Source: a virus
Length of the DNA: 64,000 nt
Virus record (IMG/VR): IMGVR_UViG_3300035180_001452
Span: 1-64,000 of that record
Reading direction: 5' to 3' (one strand)
The notes below the pieces were generated by a model. The model had not been told where the DNA came from. It searched no databases and saw only the letters and a program-made list of their open reading frames with translations. The translations under genes and the position numbers were made by a program. Positions 1 to 10,181 of the stretch are shown here, piece after piece (position 1 is the stretch's first letter; each line of letters starts with the position of its first letter).

Positions 1-1800
1 GTATAAGCCCAGAGGCTGTAGTACTAATAGCCAGTTTGGTAGCTATACTGCCTGAGGAAGTAGCGCCTAAGGTTAGTTGAGTAGCTATATTCCCCTGAGG
101 CGTAGAGCTTAGATCAAGGCTAGTAGGAATTAGGCCAGAGGCTGTAGAACTTAAGGCTAGCTGAGTAACTATACTGCCTGAGGAAGTAGCGCCTAAGGTT
201 AGGTTAGTAGCTATATTTCCTTGAGGTGTAGAGCTTAGATCAAGGCTAGTAAGTATAAGCCCAGAGGCTGTAGTACTAATAGCCAGTTTGGTAGCTATAC
301 TGCCTGAGGAAGTAGCGCCTAAGGTTAGTTGAGTAGCTATATTCCCCTGAGGCGTAGAGCTTAGATCAAGGCTAGTAGGAATTAGGCCAGAGGCTGTAGA
401 ACTTAAGGCTAGCTGAGTAACTATACTGCCTGAGGAAGTAGCGCCTAAGGTTAGGTTAGTAGCTATATTTCCTTGAGGTGTAGAGCTTAGATCAAGGCTA
501 GTAAGTATAAGCCCAGAGGCTGTAGTACTAATAGCCAGTTTGGTAGCTATACTGCCTGAGGAAGTAGCGCCTAAGGTTAACTGAGTGGCTATATTCCCCT
601 GAGGCGTAGAGCTTAGATCAAGGCTAGTAGGTATAAGCCCAGAGGCTGTGGAACTTAAGGCTAGGCTAGTGATTATAGAGCCTGAAGATGTAGCGCCTAA
701 AGTTAACTGAGTGGCTATATTTCCTTGAGGCGTAGAGCTTAGATCAAGGCTAGTAAGTATAAGCCCAGAGGCCGTAGAGCTTAGATCAAGGCTAGTAGGT
801 ATAAGCCCAGAGGCTGTAGTACTAATATCTAGCTTGGTAGCTATAGAGCCTGAGGTAGTAGCGCCTAAGGTTAGGTTAGTAGCTATACTTCCTGAAGCCG
901 TAGAGCTTAGATCAAGGCTAGTAGGTATAAGCCCAGAGGCCGTAGTACTAATAGCTAGCTTGGTAGCTATAGAGCCTGAGGTAGTAGCGCCTAAGGTTAG
1001 CTGAGTAGCTATATTCCCCTGAGGCGTAGAGCTTAGATCAAGGCTAGTAAGTATAAGCCCAGAGGCCGTAGAGCTTAGATCAAGGCTAGTAGGTATAAGC
1101 CCAGAGGCTGTAGTACTAATAGCTAGCTTGGTAGCTATAGAGCCTGAGGTAGTAGCGCCTAAGGTTAGGTTAGTAGCTATACTTCCTGAAGCCGTAGAAC
1201 TTAGATCAAGGCTAGTAAGTATAAGCCCAGAGGCTGTAGTACTAATAGCTAGCTTGGTAGCTATAGAGCCTGAGGTAGTAGCACCTAAGGTTAGGTTAGT
1301 AGCTATACTTCCTGAAGCCGTAGAACTTAGATCAAGGCTAGTAAGTATAAGCCCAGAGGCTGTAGTACTAATAGCTAGCTTGGTAGCTATAGAGCCTGAG
1401 GTAGTAGCACCTAAGGTTAGGTTAGTAGCTATACTTCCTGAAGCCGTAGAGCTTAGATCAAGGCTAGTAGGTATAAGCCCTGAGGCTGTAGTACTAATAG
1501 CTAGCTTGGTAGCTATAGAGCCTGAGGTAGTAGCGCCTAAGGTTAGGTTAGTAGCTATACTTCCTGAAGCCGTAGAGCTTAGATCAAGGCTAGTAGGTAT
1601 AAGCCCTGAGGCTGTAGTACTAATAGCTAGCTTGGTAGCTATAGAGCCTGAGGTAGTAGCGCCTAAGGTTAAGTTAGTAGCTATACTTCCTGAAGCCGTA
1701 GATCTTAGATCAAGGCTAGTAGGAATTAGGCCAGAGGCTGTAGTACTAATAGCTAGCTTGGTAGCTATAGAGCCTGAAGAAGTAGCGCCTAAGGTTAGAT
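1..1800. repeat. Hierarchical coding tandem repeat: 42-bp unit, 126-bp and 252-bp higher-order periods
   Basis: agcctgaggtagtagc recurs at 1141, 1267, 1393 (126-bp period); gtataagcccagaggctgtagtactaatagccagtttgg recurs at 1, 253, 505 (252-bp period). Confidence 0.97.
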
Positions 1801-2350
1801 TAACAGGTAGATTATTTAAGCTTTTAGTGCTAATAAGATACATCGGGAGTAAGCCAAAGGTTTGATTGACACTCCCTGATGTAGTAACAGCACTATGAGA
1901 AACGCTAGTAACCTTAGGAATAAGAGGGGCTAAGGACACATAAGGTGAAGCTCGGCCCCCTAAGACAAACCCACCTCCTTCAAAAGCAGATATATAAGGT
2001 ACTGGTCCAGGGTTAGTTATATATAGCTTAATATCTATACTGCTAGGAGCTATATTATCCGTAGAAGCTACATGTAATGTTACAGCATCGGATATAGGAC
2101 CATATCTAGCTGTAAAGGATCCAGTAGTAGTACCAGATGGAATAGTAAATGCAGTTGGAGCTACAGTTATTGTATGTCCAAGAGCAGCGGTATAGCTTAC
2201 TGTAAAGCTATGATCAACCGTACCAGTAGAGGACAGAGATATGTTGTACTGGACGCTACCTGATATATCTGGCGTCAGTACAGGTATAAGTCCAGATGAA
2301 GTGCTAAAAGATGCGCTAAATGTTAGCTCGCCATCCGGGATGACCGCCAT
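1..2350 (-). CDS. Ser/Thr/Gly-rich repeat fibre-like virion protein (3'-partial, not in ORF track)
   Basis: ATG at 2350 (MAVIPDGELTFSASFSTSSGLIPVLTPDISGSVQY...). Hand translation found no stop in the unique part or in the repeat units checked, and the frame is still in register at base 1. About 180 aa of Ig-like N-terminus precede 14-aa repeats such as NLTLGATSSGSIAT / KLAISTTASGLIPT / SLDLSSTASGSIAT. Confidence 0.88.
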   Translation of the reverse strand, partial: MAVIPDGELTFSASFSTSSGLIPVLTPDISGSVQYNISLSSTGTVDHSFTVSYTAALGHTITVAPTAFTIPSGTTTGSFTARYGPISDAVTLHVASTDNIAPSSIDIKLYITNPGPVPYISAFEGGGFVLGGRASPYVSLAPLIPKVTSVSHSAVTTSGSVNQTFGLLPMYLISTKSLNNLPVNLTLGATSSGSIATKLAISTTASGLIPTSLDLRSTASGSIATNLTLGATTSGSIATKLAISTTASGLIPTSLDLSSTASGSIATNLTLGATTSGSIATKLAISTTASGLIPTSLDLSSTASGSIATNLTLGATTSGSIATKLAISTTASGLILTSLDLSSTASGSIATNLTLGATTSGSIATKLAISTTASGLILTSLDLSSTASGSIATNLTLGATTSGSIATKLAISTTASGLIPTSLDLSSTASGLILTSLDLSSTPQGNIATQLTLGATTSGSIATKLAISTTASGLIPTSLDLSSTASGSIATNLTLGATTSGSIATKLDISTTASGLIPTSLDLSSTASGLILTSLDLSSTPQGNIATQLTLGATSSGSIITSLALSSTASGLIPTSLDLSSTPQGNIATQLTLGATSSGSIATKLAISTTASGLILTSLDLSSTPQGNIATNLTLGATSSGSIVTQLALSSTASGLIPTSLDLSSTPQGNIATQLTLGATSSGSIATKLAISTTASGLILTSLDLSSTPQGNIATNLTLGATSSGSIVTQLALSSTASGLIPTSLDLSSTPQGNIATQLTLGATSSGSIATKLAISTTASGLI

Positions 2351-2391
2351 AACTTATACCCTCTTAACTAAGATGCCCTAGATAAGGTACA

Positions 2392-3957
2392 CTAAACCCC
2401 AGTATCTGTTGCTCTAAACTCTACATTCATCTCCACAAAATCAAACTCATTAGAGGGTAGTACATTCTCTAGGCGAATACCATACTCTGTCGGAGTGCTG
2501 GCAGTAAAGAAATTATTAAAGTAATCCTCCACATATTCATTCACATAGTTATTACCAACGCCCGTCAAGCTACGAGTAGGCCCTTGTGTAAGACTTACTT
2601 CATCATTACTACCTACCCCTGCTGTATACATAGAAAATCTTGCCTGTATTCCAGTTGCTGATGTATTCTGTGTCTTCCACTTTAGTCTTAGCCTAAACTG
2701 ATCTCTAATAGCTCCATTATTAAATAAGCACCAATCTGATCTTTGTGCTGTAGTAGATGAAAATCTTAGTAGCCATCTTACACCACCATCACTATACTGA
2801 ATTGGTACAAATTGAGAGCCACTTGTAGCAAACGTAGACGACATGCTAGGAGTTAGTATTATAATAGAAGGAGTTCTTATATACTCTGACCAGTATACAA
2901 AGGATCCATATAAATCTTCTTGAACAGTTGCTTGATCATTTCCAGGTCTGTTAATTCTAACCAGCAGCTCATCTCCAGGATTACCTAGTGGTATACCCAT
3001 TGACAGTATTCTACAAATTCCTGCAGTAGAATGTAGCACACACCCAGATCCGATAAACGTTAGTGTTGGAGTACTAGTAATATTTCCAGTAGCAGGTATA
3101 GCAGTAGCATATATCATGTATGTTCCACTTACTGCTGCGGATGGAGCTGCTGTTGTACACCAATAAGTATTATAAATTGTGGTACTATTGGGTATAGCAT
3201 TTGTAGGAAGCCTAAATCTAAAATCTACATAGGAGTCTGAGCTACCATCCAGTTTTATAGTTGGCATGGTATACCAAGCCCAGCCTATAATATTAGAGTA
3301 AGTTGCTGCAGTTCCACTAGTAGGTAATAAATAGGCATTACCGGGAATAAAGAATCCGGCATATGGGTAGGAAGAGTCCTGAATAAAAGGCATTATTACG
3401 GCAAGGACGTCTATAGGTTGTGGTAAGTTATTTCCCGCTGTTCCGGATGAAGCTACATCTCTTTGTAAGTGAATATTTTCGATGTGGCCTTCTGGATATG
3501 AAGGAGGAACCCATGCGTTAGGAGATGTAACCTCAAATATAGTGCCGGAAGGAGTCCCCGATGGAACAGTTACAACTATAGGACCCATAGTACTTATAAC
3601 AGCCCAGCCACCATAGTTATTATAACTTCTAGCAGCATCAAACTTAAACCCTACGTTTCCACTTGCAGAAGCGTATGCTGTAGTCCTAAAATATATCTTG
3701 GGATAGTAATTGACATTATATCCAGACGCATACCATGGAAATATAATTGGCCATCCCGTATGTTGGCTAGTATCGTATGGAAATCTTACAGCATATTTGC
3801 TAAATTTCGAGTCGTTTATTTGTACTATAGTGGCTTTTGGGTAGGTAGGATCAGCAGGTGCCCAATATGCCTGTTCTGGTAGAAGTATAATATGTGAATA
3901 TGTCATGAGTTTTTGGCAGGAAACCACCATACCCTTATGGTAATGGAGGAATGCCAC
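2392..3957 (-). CDS. Virion structural protein, three repeated beta-sandwich-like domains (paralog of 4049..5611)
   Basis: 521-aa ORF, beta-rich S/T/G composition, three internal units each starting IILLP/FFIP/IIILTP and containing an I-x-R motif. True start may be ATG 3906 (MTYSHIILLP), matching the paralog start MRAQVIIHP. Confidence 0.75.
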   Translation of the reverse strand: MAFLHYHKGMVVSCQKLMTYSHIILLPEQAYWAPADPTYPKATIVQINDSKFSKYAVRFPYDTSQHTGWPIIFPWYASGYNVNYYPKIYFRTTAYASASGNVGFKFDAARSYNNYGGWAVISTMGPIVVTVPSGTPSGTIFEVTSPNAWVPPSYPEGHIENIHLQRDVASSGTAGNNLPQPIDVLAVIMPFIQDSSYPYAGFFIPGNAYLLPTSGTAATYSNIIGWAWYTMPTIKLDGSSDSYVDFRFRLPTNAIPNSTTIYNTYWCTTAAPSAAVSGTYMIYATAIPATGNITSTPTLTFIGSGCVLHSTAGICRILSMGIPLGNPGDELLVRINRPGNDQATVQEDLYGSFVYWSEYIRTPSIIILTPSMSSTFATSGSQFVPIQYSDGGVRWLLRFSSTTAQRSDWCLFNNGAIRDQFRLRLKWKTQNTSATGIQARFSMYTAGVGSNDEVSLTQGPTRSLTGVGNNYVNEYVEDYFNNFFTASTPTEYGIRLENVLPSNEFDFVEMNVEFRATDTGV

Positions 3958-4048
3958 CTCCTTCCTCTAATATGTTTTTTAGCCACACAACACTTAGCGC
4001 TTTTATTAATTACAGCTCTGTCTAGTTTTCTTAAATTAAAGTATACGA

Positions 4049-5611
4049 TTAAGCACCTTGAGGAGGAGCCGTAGGAAGACCTGTTACTACTGGGCTATAC
4101 TCAAGTAATACTTCTGATATGTCTATAGAATACGGAAAAGTATCTGTGTCCCCCTGCCTTATTATATGTAGAGAAGCAACCGATCCTGCTGTTAAAAGCG
4201 CTGGTAGCTGCATATCTATATACTCTAACATAATATTAGGACTATTACCGGGATATAGAGTCAGCAGTATACCAGTAGATGCTATTGTGGAGTCTACAAC
4301 TACCCCGGTACCGGCTACTGAAGTTAGTAGCCTTAGTAAGGCATATCCAGCAGTTCCAGTAGGACATCTGGTTGTGTAATATATCTTATATCTGCCCTCT
4401 GAGCCATAGTTATCAGGAACCGTAAAGTTTATAGTTGAGGCTCCAGCCTTACCTGGATTAAATGCTATCCAGTTTCTGGTGATAGCGCTATTAGTATCGC
4501 TGACTTTCATATTAGCAGCATACCCAGATGATGTTACTGCAGCGGAAGTTCCTAGTAGCCCTAAAGAACATACTTGTGCACTGGGAGTCCACTCTAATGA
4601 AGCCCCAAGGAATAAGTCCGCTCCAGCCCATGTGCTAGAATCCGCCCCTACAGATCTTACGACCTTTAAGAATAGCTGCTGATTCCCAGCTACAGCACCT
4701 GTTAGAGGGACCGCAAAAATAATTATTGGAGTCATGCTAATCTCTGTCCAAGAGGCTGTGCCAGCAAGATTAAATGGAAGAGTGCTACTAGATACTACAG
4801 TACCTATAGGAAATGAGCAGTAATAGAATTCATAGTTTTCTTGCTTAGTACCATTTGCTCCTACAAATACCGTGGATAGAGTTGCTGAAGAGTTAAAGCT
4901 AGAGGGAGGAATGATGCTACTTAATACATAAGTGCTCGTATTATTAGGCTGATTCCACCCAGACCATACTCCATTACCAGCAGGTCCTGTTAGAGTAACA
5001 GGGGTATACAGCTGAGAATTATAGCTATAGCTATCAGGTACAGTTGCATTATTAGGTATCCATATAAACTGTTTTGGTATAGAATTATCTGTATCAAATT
5101 CATACACCACATTTAATATTTCTATATCACCATTTAAAGTATCACTAGCATTATTTTCTCTTTCTATATAGAAGGGTATATAATAAGATGGCTGAATATG
5201 ATTAGAGTCTGTAAAGGTTACCGTAGTCTTATGAACTTTTCCAGCGCCTAAATATGTGCCTCCACTAAAATACGCACTTGCTGATATAGTTGTAGTTGTT
5301 GAAGAATAAGGACTACTATAAGTTAATCTAAGTACTTTAAAATATGGACTTCCAGAAGAAGCGTTCTTAGATCTCCATAGTATATCAAGCCAAGATGTAC
5401 TGGATGTTAAAGCAGAAGAAGGCAATAAAAAATCAGCGTACCATCTATATGGTCTAGTATCTTTTGGCATTCCAACTACCCATCTAGATGTACCTGAAAC
5501 AGAATCTTCTGATTCATAAACACGGGCAGCAGTAGGAGTAGAGGAGCTTGATGCTCCTTCTGAGGTCATTCCCTTACTCTGTAAAGGATGTATTATTACC
5601 TGTGCTCTCAT
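4049..5611 (-). CDS. Virion structural protein, three repeated beta-sandwich-like domains
   Basis: 520 aa; repeated C-terminal motifs IER...DT...IEILNVVYEF, VVR...LFLGASLEW and IIRQGDTDT...IDISEVLLEY; 4-bp overlap with the upstream gene. Confidence 0.78.
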   Translation of the reverse strand: MRAQVIIHPLQSKGMTSEGASSSSTPTAARVYESEDSVSGTSRWVVGMPKDTRPYRWYADFLLPSSALTSSTSWLDILWRSKNASSGSPYFKVLRLTYSSPYSSTTTTISASAYFSGGTYLGAGKVHKTTVTFTDSNHIQPSYYIPFYIERENNASDTLNGDIEILNVVYEFDTDNSIPKQFIWIPNNATVPDSYSYNSQLYTPVTLTGPAGNGVWSGWNQPNNTSTYVLSSIIPPSSFNSSATLSTVFVGANGTKQENYEFYYCSFPIGTVVSSSTLPFNLAGTASWTEISMTPIIIFAVPLTGAVAGNQQLFLKVVRSVGADSSTWAGADLFLGASLEWTPSAQVCSLGLLGTSAAVTSSGYAANMKVSDTNSAITRNWIAFNPGKAGASTINFTVPDNYGSEGRYKIYYTTRCPTGTAGYALLRLLTSVAGTGVVVDSTIASTGILLTLYPGNSPNIMLEYIDMQLPALLTAGSVASLHIIRQGDTDTFPYSIDISEVLLEYSPVVTGLPTAPPQGA

Positions 5612-7833
5612 AGCGTAACCATAAATCTATAAGAATTTATCTTAGGAGGTTGGTTAGCATACTGCTCTCTTCTTAGTTCTGCTTTATAGTAGATAGTATT
5701 TATTGGGCTATCTATATAAGCATACTTAAGATTAAATGAGGGCATAGAGCCGTTATGTACTCCATCTATTGTATAGTTATCTAGTGCTGGGTTATGATTT
5801 AATAGTACATATGCTGGATTGCCGGAGGAAGAATCCAGTCTCCATGACCAGTAACTATAGTCCCATGGAGCAACATTCCATTTTAAATAGAACTCAGATA
5901 CTCTAGACATTGGCTTACCATCAGCCCATATAGGATACTCTGCAAGTTTAGGAGCAAAGCTAAATTGATCGCTAGTAGCTAGACTAAAGTTAAATAGGTT
6001 TGGCCTAAATAGTAGGAAGGCATTATATCCATTAAACCCAGGATCGATAGTACTAGGAACGTATAAAAGTACTTCTATCTTATTCCAGCCAGCCTGTATA
6101 GATACCGGGAATGTTTTTCCTTTAGTAGACACAAGGCTACCAGATCCAGGTACAGCTTCAGAATAGAACTTATTGTCTGAGGCTACTTTAGCTTCATTAA
6201 TATAAACTGCCCACCCCCAAGCATTAATACTATTAACATCTGGTACACTTGGTACATTATCAGTATTATTTGGATTTCTTACATATACTCCACCAGCAAA
6301 GTTTTCTATTAAAATATCTCTATCGCTATAGAGATAAGTAGTTAGCTTATAGTTGTAGCTAGGTACAGTTATATTACCGGAGGTGCTCTTTAGCGCGATA
6401 CCCCACCAGTCCTGTTCTGTGTTTATGTAGTTAAATATAAATGTACCAGTACCTATAGTTGGAAGATTATCTCCGCTATTAACTCCAGCGCTTTCCATAT
6501 AACAGCTGTGTATACTTCCTAACTTCCCATTCCAATCCTCAACGTCCGGTATATGATATGTATCAGAGTACACATCAAAGTTAAACTGGAACGCGTTAAC
6601 TTTAAACTGACCAATCCCTCTCCACAGCTCACCGCTATTAGCAACAATAGAAGAGCCACTACCTACACTATAGGACCATAAAGATCCAGGATCCCCAGTA
6701 CTATCTGCTGTAAAGTTATTAGCATAGAATGCTACGCTATTATATATTGCTTTGTCTAGCTTAATAGGACCAGGAAATATCTTTAACCATCCAGCATTTG
6801 AATCTGTAGATAAGTAGTGATTTATAGTAGTTCCATATGGTAGATCTTGTGATACATCAAACTCTAGGTTATATAGTGGAACATCTGTAGTTAGTGCCTT
6901 ACTAAAGAATAATGCGGTATCTGCGGTGCCTACCTTACTAACCTCTATTCTTCTTATACCTACAGTAGTGTTATCTGTTATAGTAAATCTTAAGAACAGT
7001 ACCCACGTTGGGTCTAGCTCAAATACTTTAGTGGTTGACACCTTATCATTAGCTAGCATCGTCCAGTTTAGACCATCGGTGCTTCCCTCGATAGAAATAG
7101 TTAGAGGAGATATAGGATCTACTACTATCTTATTAATCTCTACTTCATTAGCATGGCCTGCTATAACATCTTTACCTGTTATATTAATTTCTATCTGATA
7201 GAACCCGCCCTCTGGAAGTTGTGCCTGCCAGGTTTGATCTATAAAATCGTTAAATACATTTAAGAAAGGCCCTCCTACAGACTTATAGCCTGGAGAATAT
7301 CTTTCTGTACTTAACTTCATTGAGCTAGATGAGTATCTTATAGAGGAAGATGGAGATACCGGAAGAGTAACATACCCGTTAGTAGTATCTACATAGGCAG
7401 TTGTATTCTGTAGATCAACTTTATCACTATTTCTAAAGTTATCAAATAAAACTTCAGATCCTCCTTTATACTCTCTGAGTAATAAGGTATCAAGATCCTC
7501 ACTTAAGGACTGTAGCTTCTGTCTAAGCTGTAAAAACTCTCCATAGCTACCATCAGAAGTTACAATCTGGTGCGCCAGCATATCGTTTAAGTCAGAAAAA
7601 GCTATCTCTAAATCCTCTTTTATCTCTTGTACATTTTCTTTAAGAAGTACTGGATCAACAACAAGTCCACGTGCGGCTCCACGTGGCATAAAAAATGGCT
7701 TCCCAAATTCCTTGAATCGAAACTTTTGGGTTAGAAGACTTATAAATTCTTTATAGCTAGGAATATATCCCTTCCTATAAAAAATGGAAAGTAGCTTTTC
7801 TGCTATTCTTTTACGCTGAATGTTATCTATCAT
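5608..7833 (-). CDS. Baseplate/fibre-attachment-type structural protein (paralog group with 8253 and 10182 ORFs)
   Basis: N-terminal helical/coiled-coil region, DNF..SDKVD..NTTAYVDTTNGYVTLP motif, C-terminal ELRR..NQPPKINSY motif shared with neighbours. Confidence 0.75.
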   Translation of the reverse strand: MIDNIQRKRIAEKLLSIFYRKGYIPSYKEFISLLTQKFRFKEFGKPFFMPRGAARGLVVDPVLLKENVQEIKEDLEIAFSDLNDMLAHQIVTSDGSYGEFLQLRQKLQSLSEDLDTLLLREYKGGSEVLFDNFRNSDKVDLQNTTAYVDTTNGYVTLPVSPSSSIRYSSSSMKLSTERYSPGYKSVGGPFLNVFNDFIDQTWQAQLPEGGFYQIEINITGKDVIAGHANEVEINKIVVDPISPLTISIEGSTDGLNWTMLANDKVSTTKVFELDPTWVLFLRFTITDNTTVGIRRIEVSKVGTADTALFFSKALTTDVPLYNLEFDVSQDLPYGTTINHYLSTDSNAGWLKIFPGPIKLDKAIYNSVAFYANNFTADSTGDPGSLWSYSVGSGSSIVANSGELWRGIGQFKVNAFQFNFDVYSDTYHIPDVEDWNGKLGSIHSCYMESAGVNSGDNLPTIGTGTFIFNYINTEQDWWGIALKSTSGNITVPSYNYKLTTYLYSDRDILIENFAGGVYVRNPNNTDNVPSVPDVNSINAWGWAVYINEAKVASDNKFYSEAVPGSGSLVSTKGKTFPVSIQAGWNKIEVLLYVPSTIDPGFNGYNAFLLFRPNLFNFSLATSDQFSFAPKLAEYPIWADGKPMSRVSEFYLKWNVAPWDYSYWSWRLDSSSGNPAYVLLNHNPALDNYTIDGVHNGSMPSFNLKYAYIDSPINTIYYKAELRREQYANQPPKINSYRFMVTL

Positions 7834-8237
7834 ACTGTGTTGTCTACCCTACCATAGACTACTCGTGAATAAGATGGGCTACTAGGATCCCAGGACCCTG
7901 CAGGATAAATAGCTCTGTACCTTAGCTTATCACTAAAATTAGGTATAGAAGATACTGTTGCATTAATATTAGGCAAAATAAAAGAAACAGTACCATTAGA
8001 GTTAGTTGTCCCGGTATACGTACCTGCTCCAGGAGCTATATTATTTGGGTTATCCTTAGGTGTGTATAGATCTACAACTACGCCTGCTACAGGAGAAGTT
8101 GTTGGTTGGCTACCTCCACTAGTAGAGATTGGCTGTACAGCATTTGGATTTAAAGGATCTACAGATACATTAGTATCTGTTCCTGCTTGTATAACTGGCT
8201 TAGTTAAGAATGGGCCAAGTGTAAGTGTGAAAGGCAT
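7830..8237 (-). CDS. Small virion protein, Ig/prealbumin-like beta fold
   Basis: 135 aa; VAGVVVDLY...GTTNSNGTVSF pattern; GGAGGA RBS upstream; 4-bp overlap with next gene. Confidence 0.7.
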   Translation of the reverse strand: MPFTLTLGPFLTKPVIQAGTDTNVSVDPLNPNAVQPISTSGGSQPTTSPVAGVVVDLYTPKDNPNNIAPGAGTYTGTTNSNGTVSFILPNINATVSSIPNFSDKLRYRAIYPAGSWDPSSPSYSRVVYGRVDNTV

Positions 8238-8252
8238 ATACTATCCTCCAAC

Positions 8253-10178
8253 CTATGTCTTAGGTAATGCTTTGATTGCATAATGCTTAAGTATAGGAGA
8301 TTCGTTAGGCTTATCTGCAGGCCTCTTTAATGTTATTCTTACCAGTACTCTAGTACCTGTAACAAATACCGTATCACTATCCCCCTTAGATCTATTCTGA
8401 GGTACTATCTTTTGCCAGGTATGACCATCGGTAGATACTTCATAAGAGATCCACTCGGTATTTGTGTCCCACCCATCCGGAATTTCTTCGGTAGATATTA
8501 TAGAAACAGCGGAGATTTCTCGTACAAAGTAATGAGGAGTAGAAACTATAATACTTTCTTGGGCATATTCTCTAATTGAAATATCAATATCTTTTATTCC
8601 AATAACTCCTCTTCTACCATCAAATACATCCCAAGCATCACCTTGTCTTACTACTGAGGTAGAAGATCCCCAACTTAATAGGCTTCCTGCTATCTGTCCT
8701 ATAGCTCCTCCAACAACTCCGCCTAATATAAGACCTGCGAGCTCTCCTACTGTAGCAAGGCTATTATTCTTACTACCAGTAGATACTCCTTCATCCGGAT
8801 TTGGTAATCTTTCTGTCAATTGTTTATGTGACACAAAAGACACAAAACCTATCTTAATCTCAGACCTTTTATCTATAATACGGAAGTAATAATGGTGGCC
8901 TAGTCCAAGATCTGGAACATAAGACACACCAGACTCCAGAGAAAAGTTAATATACTTTATCTCCTTATCCGGGATTGTCCATATACCAGTACCGGTATAA
9001 TTACCCTCCGGTACTCCTGCTCTATTAGCTTTTAATGATTCATTAAGCTTACTAGTTAGATAGGCATCTTTTACTACAGTTCTAGTATATCCACTATCTC
9101 CTTCTCTACTTACAGATATCTGTCTAACTATAGGATAGGAGCCGCCAAGAATTTGAGGAGAGATTTGTATAGTAGATATTTTTCTAGGCTGATCAAACTC
9201 TAAAGTAAATACTAACTTAGCTGGTTTATCCTCAGTAAAGTTAGCTATGTAGTATCCCTTTCCATCAGGACCTCTATCATACTCAGCTGACCCTGGCCAC
9301 TGTACAAACTTTCTCCATCCAGCGGGCTGGTTAGAGGTGTCATTAGTTGAAGCTATAACATCAATGTTCTGCCCAGCTGCGTCCTTATGCCAAGCAGTTC
9401 CTATAGCTTTACATTTTTGATACCTTGGTACAAAGTTCATCTCCCATTCCATCCATGTATTAGGTTGGGAGTCAAACATATAAGAAACTTGGGATCTAAG
9501 ATCTGTCTTACCTACAAGGGTTACTTGTGGTTCTGGGTTTTTATCATCTGGGCTGCTAGGACCACCTTCACTAGCAATCTCCATATTATTACCTGGGATT
9601 CCGTAGCTGTTCCCATGATCTATGGTAAGCTTAGTTACATACTTAAGTAAGCTGTCTAGAGAAGTTGCACTAAGCATGGCAATACCGTTAGATATATCTA
9701 CAAATGCTGTTGTAGCTTCTCTATCTACTTTATCATAGGAAGTAAAGCTATCTGAGGACCAGAGGAATAATGACTCGCTATCAGAAGAGAAGAGCTGAAA
9801 CTGAGAGGTTTTGTTTTGTACAGTACCTATTAAATTACTGATAGATATATTCTCGCTTTGTACTCTGTTAAATAAATCTCTTAGACCCGATCTTACTTTT
9901 CCTAGCTGGTCCCAGAGGGTATTAATATCATTTTCTGCAGAGAACACAGGATCTTCAAGCATTGACTTTATAGGTAGCTCACCGTACCTAAAGTCTGGTA
10001 CTTCTACTGAAGTTCCTAGTTTGACAGAGAATACATTTCTCCAGTCGTTTTCTATGTTAGCTAAAAGATCTGCTTGTGAGGAAATTTCTCCTCTATCAAG
10101 CTTTTTTTCTAGCTCGTCTAAAACTTTTTTAGCTCTATCTTCTATTATAGCACGCGTCTGATCTGTATTTAAAAGCAT
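8253..10178 (-). CDS. Baseplate/fibre-attachment-type structural protein
   Basis: 641 aa; coiled-coil N-terminus, DSF..YDKVD..ATTAFVDISNGIAML motif, C-terminal TLKRP..NESPILKHY; internal Gly-rich hydrophobic stretch LAGLILGGVVGGAIGQIAGSLL. Confidence 0.75.
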   Translation of the reverse strand: MLLNTDQTRAIIEDRAKKVLDELEKKLDRGEISSQADLLANIENDWRNVFSVKLGTSVEVPDFRYGELPIKSMLEDPVFSAENDINTLWDQLGKVRSGLRDLFNRVQSENISISNLIGTVQNKTSQFQLFSSDSESLFLWSSDSFTSYDKVDREATTAFVDISNGIAMLSATSLDSLLKYVTKLTIDHGNSYGIPGNNMEIASEGGPSSPDDKNPEPQVTLVGKTDLRSQVSYMFDSQPNTWMEWEMNFVPRYQKCKAIGTAWHKDAAGQNIDVIASTNDTSNQPAGWRKFVQWPGSAEYDRGPDGKGYYIANFTEDKPAKLVFTLEFDQPRKISTIQISPQILGGSYPIVRQISVSREGDSGYTRTVVKDAYLTSKLNESLKANRAGVPEGNYTGTGIWTIPDKEIKYINFSLESGVSYVPDLGLGHHYYFRIIDKRSEIKIGFVSFVSHKQLTERLPNPDEGVSTGSKNNSLATVGELAGLILGGVVGGAIGQIAGSLLSWGSSTSVVRQGDAWDVFDGRRGVIGIKDIDISIREYAQESIIVSTPHYFVREISAVSIISTEEIPDGWDTNTEWISYEVSTDGHTWQKIVPQNRSKGDSDTVFVTGTRVLVRITLKRPADKPNESPILKHYAIKALPKT

Positions 10179-10181
10179 TTT

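Noticed and set aside
1-1800. Possible CRISPR array
   Set aside because: Contiguous degenerate 42-bp coding units with no unique spacers and no cas genes.
1128-1865. 245-aa plus-strand repeat ORF (VAIEPEVVAPKVRL...)
   Set aside because: Antisense shadow of the minus-strand repeat gene; it is broken by TGA further left while the minus frame stays open.
3914-3966. HDV-like/theta ribozyme
   Set aside because: The pairing order is similar but there is no room for P3/L3 and no typical J4/2 catalytic strand.
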